DNA of 64,000 nucleotides from Gemmatimonadota bacterium (lineage in GTDB: Bacteria; Gemmatimonadota; Gemmatimonadetes; Palauibacterales; Palauibacteraceae), in assembly GCA_039586095.1 (NCBI GenBank), contig JBDHLB010000015.1, positions 2,349 through 66,348 on the forward strand, written 5' to 3'. The notes under the pieces were generated by a model. It was not told the origin of the DNA. It worked only from the letters and a program-made list of their open reading frames with translations, and did not search any database. Positions 58,316-64,000 of the stretch are shown piece by piece; position 1 is the first letter of the stretch; every line of letters begins with the position of its first letter. Both the position numbers and the translations under genes were made by a program.

Positions 58316-60484
58316 ATGAAGATGGCTCTTCACCTACCGCTTCGCCGCAGTGTCGGCGCTGTCGCTGCGATGACTCTCATTACCGCTCTTCCGTTCGAGA
58401 AGTCGGTCGGCACCGACGGGTGGTCGACTGCCGGAGTGGCGTCCGCGTATGCCGCACAGCAAGACGGCGGCCCTCTGACGCCCGACGACGTGGCCAGGAT
58501 TCGAGGCGTGGGTCAGGTCGTCGTGTCGCCGACAGGAGACCACGTCGCGTTCACGCTCTCGGTACCACGGATGCCGTTCGAGGACGAGGATGGCCCGGCT
58601 TGGAGCGAGCTGCACGTGCTCGACGTGGAGTCCGGCGAGACGCGAACCTTTGTGGGCGGCCAGGTGAACGTGGCCGGGCTCGGTTGGGCACCCGACGGAG
58701 CAGCGATCACCTACCTGGCGCGACGCCCGGGCGACGACCGACGCTCGCTCTACGTCATTCCGTTGGCGGGTGGCGAATCCACGAAGCTGCTCGAGCACGA
58801 GACGAGCCTCCGTTCGTATTCGCTGAGCCCCGACGGCCAGCGCGTCGCGTTTCTGGCCACCGAGCCTGCGAATCCCCGCCTTTCCGAGCTGGCGAAGCTG
58901 GGGGTGAAGACCGAGGTCTACGAGGAGGAACTGCCCTTCTCCCGCGTATGGATCGCGCCCGTGGACCTGACGGGCGAAGCGACGGCGACAGGCCTTGCTC
59001 GCCTCCTGCCGATCGACGGCAACGCGAGCGATGTGGAGTGGGCGCCGAGCGGCGAGCGGCTGGCCGTGGTCGTTGCCCCGACGCCGCTGGTGGATGACTC
59101 GTACATGCGTAAGCGGATCCGGATCGTCGATGCGCAGAGCGGCACTGTCCTCGCTCGTATCGAGAACCCGGGCAAGCTGGGACAGGTCGCGTGGAGCCCG
59201 GACGGCGAGCACCTGGGCATGATCTCCGCCGAGGACATCAACGATCCGAGCGAAGGTCGTCTGATGGTCGTGCCGGCTCGTGGTGGCGAGCTCATCGATC
59301 TGATCCCCGGCTTCGAGGGGCACGTGAACGTCCTGCACTGGCAGGACGAGGGCACCGTCCTCTATCTGGCCGCAGAGGGCGTGTACACGACCCTTGGCGA
59401 GGTGTCGGTGGACGGCTCCGAGCGGCGCACTCTCATCGAGCCGGGCGGTACGACCCTGAGCGGTCTCAGCGTCTCACGGGACGGCCGTACCATGGCGTTC
59501 GCCGGTGATACCCCGCTGCATCCCCGCGAAGTGTTCGTGGCGCGCTTTGGCGGTCGGCCGACCCGCATGACCGACAGCAATCCATGGCTCGCGTCCCGCA
59601 GGTTGGCGCCGCAGCAAAGGGTCGAATGGGAGGCCCGGGACGGCCTGCGTGTCGAAGGGCTGTTGATCCGTCCGCTCGACGAGCAAGAGGGAGAGCGCTA
59701 CCCGCTGATCGTCAGCGTGCACGGGGGGCCGGAGTCGCACTACGACCAGGGGTGGTTGACCGCGTATTCGATGCCGGGTCAGGTGGCAGCGGGTCGTGGC
59801 TTCGCCGTCTTCTACCCGAACTATCGGGCCAGCACGGGCCGTGGGGTCGCGTTCAGCAAGATGGACCACAAGGACACGGCGGGTGGTGAGTTCGACGACA
59901 TCGTCGACGGAGTAGACCATCTGATCGAACTGGGTCTGGTGGATGGGGACAGGGTCGGTGTCACGGGTGGATCATACGGCGGGTACGCGACCGCGTGGCT
60001 CACTACACGGTACAGCGACCGCTTCGCGGCCGGGGTGATGTTCGTAGGTATCAGCAACCAGATCTCGAAGGTGGGCACGAGTGATATCCCCGACGAGATG
60101 TATCTGGTTCACCAGCGCCTGCGACCCTGGGACGATTGGGAGTTCTTCCTGGAGCGGAGCCCGATCTACTGGGCAGGTCAGTCCCGCACGCCTCTGCTCA
60201 TCGCCCACGGCAAGGAAGATCCCCGAGTGCACCCCGGGCAGTCGATGGAGATGTACCGGAACCTGAAGCTGCGTGGGGAGGCGCCCGTACGGCTCATCTT
60301 CTATCCGGGTGAGGGACACGGGAACCGAAACGCGGCGGCTCGCTACGACTACAGCCTGCGTCAGCTCCGCTGGATGGAGCATTACCTGATGGGGCCCGGC
60401 GGCGAGAAGCCCTCCTTCGAAATCGAGTATCCGCTCGAGAAGAAGGAACAAGAGCCGGAGAAGGTCACGGCCGCTCGCAACTGA
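58316..60484 (+). CDS. S9 family peptidase (dipeptidyl/acylaminoacyl peptidase) with beta-propeller
   Basis: WSPDG repeats, VHGGPE, PNYRAS, GGSYGG, EDPRV, EGHG. Confidence 0.93.
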   Translation: MKMALHLPLRRSVGAVAAMTLITALPFEKSVGTDGWSTAGVASAYAAQQDGGPLTPDDVARIRGVGQVVVSPTGDHVAFTLSVPRMPFEDEDGPAWSELHVLDVESGETRTFVGGQVNVAGLGWAPDGAAITYLARRPGDDRRSLYVIPLAGGESTKLLEHETSLRSYSLSPDGQRVAFLATEPANPRLSELAKLGVKTEVYEEELPFSRVWIAPVDLTGEATATGLARLLPIDGNASDVEWAPSGERLAVVVAPTPLVDDSYMRKRIRIVDAQSGTVLARIENPGKLGQVAWSPDGEHLGMISAEDINDPSEGRLMVVPARGGELIDLIPGFEGHVNVLHWQDEGTVLYLAAEGVYTTLGEVSVDGSERRTLIEPGGTTLSGLSVSRDGRTMAFAGDTPLHPREVFVARFGGRPTRMTDSNPWLASRRLAPQQRVEWEARDGLRVEGLLIRPLDEQEGERYPLIVSVHGGPESHYDQGWLTAYSMPGQVAAGRGFAVFYPNYRASTGRGVAFSKMDHKDTAGGEFDDIVDGVDHLIELGLVDGDRVGVTGGSYGGYATAWLTTRYSDRFAAGVMFVGISNQISKVGTSDIPDEMYLVHQRLRPWDDWEFFLERSPIYWAGQSRTPLLIAHGKEDPRVHPGQSMEMYRNLKLRGEAPVRLIFYPGEGHGNRNAAARYDYSLRQLRWMEHYLMGPGGEKPSFEIEYPLEKKEQEPEKVTAARN

Positions 60485-60523
60485 CGATTCCGACCCGGGC
60501 GAGGCCCGGCCGGGAAGCGATTC

Positions 60524-61219
60524 TCAGGCCGGGCCTGCGTCTGTGGCCACCGGGCCACCCGCCGAGGCAGGGTCCGGTTCGATGGCCTCAAGCAGTGCCT
60601 GGAGCGCTTCCACTTCGTCCGCATTCACCGCGTGCGGCGCACCGGGGTAGATCCGAGTGTCCACCGTCGCTCCCATCCGGCCGAGCGCCTCCTCCGTCTC
60701 ACGCACCCGCCACAGCGGTATGTGCGGATCCACGTCACTGCAACCGAGAAAGGCCGGAGTCCCGCTCAGGGCGCTCTCGCCGTTCCAGCGCGTTGCGGGC
60801 GGTCCGATCAGACCCGCGCTCAGCCCGGCCAGCGCTCCGTAATGGCGAGGGTTACGCGCGGCGAACTCGAGTGCCAGGCAGCCGCCCTGAGAGAACCCGA
60901 TCAGGACCGTGCGCTCGGGAGAGACGGACGTCCGCTGAATCGAGGCCAACAATTCCTCGAGCATCCGCAGCGCCGAGTTTAGGTACGGTTGATTGTGTTC
61001 GATCGGCGCCAGAAACGAGTACGGGTACCACGAACCTCGCGCCGCCTGCGGCGCGAGGAAGGCCGTCGGCGGTAAGGCACCGAGGTCGAGTGCGTCGCTC
61101 AGGGTGAGAATGTCGTCCGCCGAAGCGCCGCGGCCGTGGAGAAGCACCACGGCGATGCGGGCCTCGGGGAGCGGAGCTCCCCGGGTCGCCACTGGCTGGC
61201 CCGCGTGCGCGTGGCTCAT
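60524..61219 (-). CDS. Phospholipase/carboxylesterase family protein
   Basis: LLHGRGA, WYPYSF, GFSQGG, SDVDPHIP, PHAVN. Confidence 0.88.
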   Translation of the reverse strand: MSHAHAGQPVATRGAPLPEARIAVVLLHGRGASADDILTLSDALDLGALPPTAFLAPQAARGSWYPYSFLAPIEHNQPYLNSALRMLEELLASIQRTSVSPERTVLIGFSQGGCLALEFAARNPRHYGALAGLSAGLIGPPATRWNGESALSGTPAFLGCSDVDPHIPLWRVRETEEALGRMGATVDTRIYPGAPHAVNADEVEALQALLEAIEPDPASAGGPVATDAGPA

Positions 61220-62301
61220 ACGACCGGTACGGTCGGGAGCTCCGACAGCTGCTGCTCGATCGTCACTCTGTCCCGCTCCAGCCACTCGGGCAGCTTCAGC
61301 GCGCGGCCGAGCTCTCCGGGGGGCTCGTCCACGGCAAAGCCCGGTCCATCCGTCGCGATCTCGCACAACAGCCCATCCGGCGCCTGAAAGTAGATGCTCT
61401 GGAAGTAGCTGCGGTCCAAAACCGGCGTGACCTGGACGCCCAGCTCAAGGAGGTGCTCGCGCCACGCGAGCTGTTCCTCTGCGTTGGCCGCCCGAAAGGC
61501 GATATGATGCGTCTGGCCCGTCCCGCCGCGGGCCCGGAGCGTCGAACCCTCCCACCCGAACAGCGTGAGCGAGCTGTGGGGTGCGACCGTCCGGCCGTCG
61601 TACGATGCCCAGAAGTAATGAAGCATCTTCGCATCGTCCCGGTTGATCGTCTTCTTTACCAGCCGAAGTCCCAGCGACGACTCATAAAACTCGCCGGCAC
61701 GCTCGAGGTCGTCCGTTATGGCCGAGATGTGATGGATCCCTGTCAGCGCCATGTCAGCCGAGATCTCCGGCACCGGCTCCGGGTGAGTCAGCTTCGCGAT
61801 CGCTGCCTCGTCACGCTCGCCGCGCAGCTGCGAGCCGGGTGGGGTCAGGAGCTCGCGGCCCAGAGCATGCCCGGGCTCGTCCACGGCGTAGCCGGGTCCG
61901 GCCGTGGCGATCTCGAGGATCTGACCATCCGGGTCGGCAAAATAGATACTCCGAAAATAGCTGCGGTCGTACGGACCGGTTACTCCCACGCCCGCGTCCA
62001 TTAGCCGGCGCTTCCACTTCAACTGCGCCTCCTCGCTACCGACTCCAAGCGCCAGATGGTGGACGCCGCCCACCCCCCAACGGCCACGGGGCAGTCCCGC
62101 CCATTCGAAGAAGGTGAGGAGCGTGCCGGGCGTACCCTCCGCGTCGCCGAAGTACAGGTGGTAAGCGCTCGGGTCATCGAAGTTGACGGTCTTCTTAACC
62201 AGGCCGAAACCCAGTACATCGCGGTAGAACTGCAGCGTTCGGGCCGCGTCGCCCGATACCATCGTGATGTGGTGGAAGCCGGTCGTTACGAGTGGTTTCA
62301 T
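61216..62301 (-). CDS. VOC-family ring-cleaving dioxygenase (MhqO/PcpA-like)
   Basis: Duplicated GxHHIT..KKTVNFD..YHLYF..LTFF..DRSYFxSIYF..EIAT modules; coupled to the esterase. Confidence 0.88.
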   Translation of the reverse strand: MKPLVTTGFHHITMVSGDAARTLQFYRDVLGFGLVKKTVNFDDPSAYHLYFGDAEGTPGTLLTFFEWAGLPRGRWGVGGVHHLALGVGSEEAQLKWKRRLMDAGVGVTGPYDRSYFRSIYFADPDGQILEIATAGPGYAVDEPGHALGRELLTPPGSQLRGERDEAAIAKLTHPEPVPEISADMALTGIHHISAITDDLERAGEFYESSLGLRLVKKTINRDDAKMLHYFWASYDGRTVAPHSSLTLFGWEGSTLRARGGTGQTHHIAFRAANAEEQLAWREHLLELGVQVTPVLDRSYFQSIYFQAPDGLLCEIATDGPGFAVDEPPGELGRALKLPEWLERDRVTIEQQLSELPTVPVV

Positions 62302-62484
62302 GTCGCAAGCTCACTGGTGCTGTCACAGCGTATGTCGAGCCGTTCGTTGGCGGCGTGATCGCGTTGCCACTCCCACACTCACGCGGCCGTCAGGTTCCCG
62401 CATCGCGGCCTGGTACGGGGAGCGACCGGAGGGCCGCTTCCGTCGACCCTTCCCATGGACCCGGTGGAGCACCATTGTCGATGC

Positions 62485-62853
62485 ATGATGCGAAACCGCC
62501 GGGGCCGCACTACGTATAGGGGGCTGACGCTGTATGAGGGGCTGACGCTCCTGTGGATCGCGGGGTCGGCCGTGGCTTGCGGCGCGCCCGCCCAAAGAAC
62601 GCCGGACACGCAGAGCCAAGCGGAGGAGAACGTGCAGGCCGATATGAGTGCGGTGCAGAAGCGCCTCACGGAGATCGTGATGGCTCGACCCGGTGTCGTC
62701 GGCATCGGCCAGAGCCTGTGCGGGGGAAACCCCTGTTTCCGCGTCTACGTGTCGAAGCTCACGCCCGAGCTCCAAAGGCGAATTCCGAAGCGCTTCGAAG
62801 GTATCGCCGTGGAGGTCGTGGAATCCGGGGATTTCCGCGCTCAGGATCGGTAG
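62485..62853 (+). CDS. Small hypothetical lipoprotein
   Basis: Lipobox AVAC; PGVVGIG..CGGNPCFRVYV..IPKRFEGIAVEVVESG. Confidence 0.6.
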   Translation: MMRNRRGRTTYRGLTLYEGLTLLWIAGSAVACGAPAQRTPDTQSQAEENVQADMSAVQKRLTEIVMARPGVVGIGQSLCGGNPCFRVYVSKLTPELQRRIPKRFEGIAVEVVESGDFRAQDR

Positions 62854-62989
62854 CAGCCCCCTCGGAGGTCGAATGGTTGAGCCCTGTCGGGTAAATGCCC
62901 GACAGGGCTCGGCGTTCGAAGGATTTCGGATCACGGGGTCCTCCGAACGCGCCGGTCGTGGATCGACCGGATCTGTCACCCGAGCGAGC

Positions 62990-63421
62990 TCAAGCGCTCC
63001 TTGCCAGGATGTCGCGGATCTCGCCGAGCAGGACTTCCTCTCTCGTCGGCTCGGGCGGAGCGGCCGGGGCCTCTTCTTCCTGCCTTTTCATCTTGTTGAA
63101 GCTGCGCACGACCATGAAGACGGCGAACGCCACGATCAGGAAGCTGATGACGCTGTTGATGAAGATGCCCCAGTTCATCGTAACGGCGCCGGCTTCCTGC
63201 GCCGCAGCCAGCGTTGCGTAGGGCCCGACCGGATCACCGTCCCTCAGTACGGCGAACAGCTCGGCGAAGTCCACGCCGCCGAGCGCCAGCCCGATCGGCG
63301 GCATGATGATGTCATTCACCAGTGAAGTGACGATGGTGGCAAACGCGGCACCGATGATGATACCGACCGCCATGTCGAGCATGTTGCCCTTAATGGCGAA
63401 CTCCTTGAACTCCTTCAGCAT
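62990..63421 (-). CDS. mscL: Large-conductance mechanosensitive channel
   Basis: GGAGG RBS; [46 protein letters not shown]. Confidence 0.97.
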   Translation of the reverse strand: MLKEFKEFAIKGNMLDMAVGIIIGAAFATIVTSLVNDIIMPPIGLALGGVDFAELFAVLRDGDPVGPYATLAAAQEAGAVTMNWGIFINSVISFLIVAFAVFMVVRSFNKMKRQEEEAPAAPPEPTREEVLLGEIRDILARSA

Positions 63422-63599
63422 GTTCGACCTCCTGTAGAGGGGACCGCGACTCCGCACCCACTCGCCGCGCACTCCGGCCACAACGGATCCAGGGCTGGAG
63501 ACGGGGTTGGCACGTACTGTCGAGACCAGTGCAATATACTGGGTCAAATTGGAGGACAACGGGAGAGGTGAAAGAGTCACGTGCCCCGTCCGCACGTCC

Positions 63600-63971
63600 C
63601 GTCGATCTAACCTGTTCGTGATCGGAATCATGGCGATCGGGCAACTCAAGATCGATACGGACATCGTTCGCCTGGTCACGACGGCGGGGCTGGCCGGCAT
63701 GGCCCTGGCCTTAAGGTTGTCGTTCGGCCTCGGGTCACGCGACGTCACACGGAACGTCACAGATGGATTCTACGCCCGTACGACGTTTCTCATCGGCGAG
63801 GAAATGGAGGTGTTGTGCGAGCGGGGCACGCTCAGCTCCATCACCCCGACACAGACGATCCTCGAGAGAGACGGCCACCGGATCGCGGCCGCCAGAAGCG
63901 TGTTGCTCCTAGAGCGTCGAGCAGTAATCATCGCGCGGAGAACTGCGCATCATCGCGCAGCCGACAGATAG
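63600..63971 (+). pseudogene. Small-conductance mechanosensitive channel (MscS/CmpX-like) fragment
   Basis: [36 protein letters not shown]...IGEEMEV..GTLSSITPTQTIL; N-terminal TM region absent and no clear RBS/start; boundaries approximate. Confidence 0.55.
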
Positions 63972-64000
63972 AGCCGACCAAGACGTACACACGAAGGAGG

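Noticed and set aside
63505-63525. TTGGCAC sigma-54-like half sites here and at 14561 and 32689
   Set aside because: No GC at the required -12 spacing

Overview
GC-rich (about two-thirds by eye), gene-dense bacterial chromosome segment with about 50 genes. The gene repertoire (kinase-TolB-TPR proteins, many secreted peptidases and lipoproteins) suggests a Gemmatimonadota-like organism, but this is inference only. I found no rRNA, tRNA, CRISPR array, transposase or integrase. The main themes are peptide and amino-acid scavenging (M29, M28, M20, S9, S15/CocE and C26 hydrolases, an OPT transporter, GDH, lysine 6-transaminase, an arginine-synthetase-like protein), redox proteins (Trx-VKOR fusion, three diheme c-type cytochromes, GMC oxidoreductase) and signalling (STAND-type adenylate/guanylate cyclase, two Ser/Thr kinases, a NarL-type two-component pair). 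Best leads: (1) an operon coupling a DsrL-2-like Fe-S flavoprotein to a geranylgeranyl-reductase-like FAD enzyme and a stand-alone cNMP-binding protein, with no dsrAB in the window; (2) a His-containing ~7TM sensor kinase, response regulator, TonB receptor and unknown ~7TM protein, followed by a GMC + TPP-enzyme operon behind a perfect 13-bp palindrome; (3) a Ser/Thr kinase, outer-membrane barrel and neutral ceramidase operon; (4) a decaying rml operon with a candidate sigma-54 promoter, in which rmlB and rmlC survive only as their two ends, plus three other gene remnants. All family calls come from recalled motifs; no database search was run. Start codons are manually chosen best guesses.
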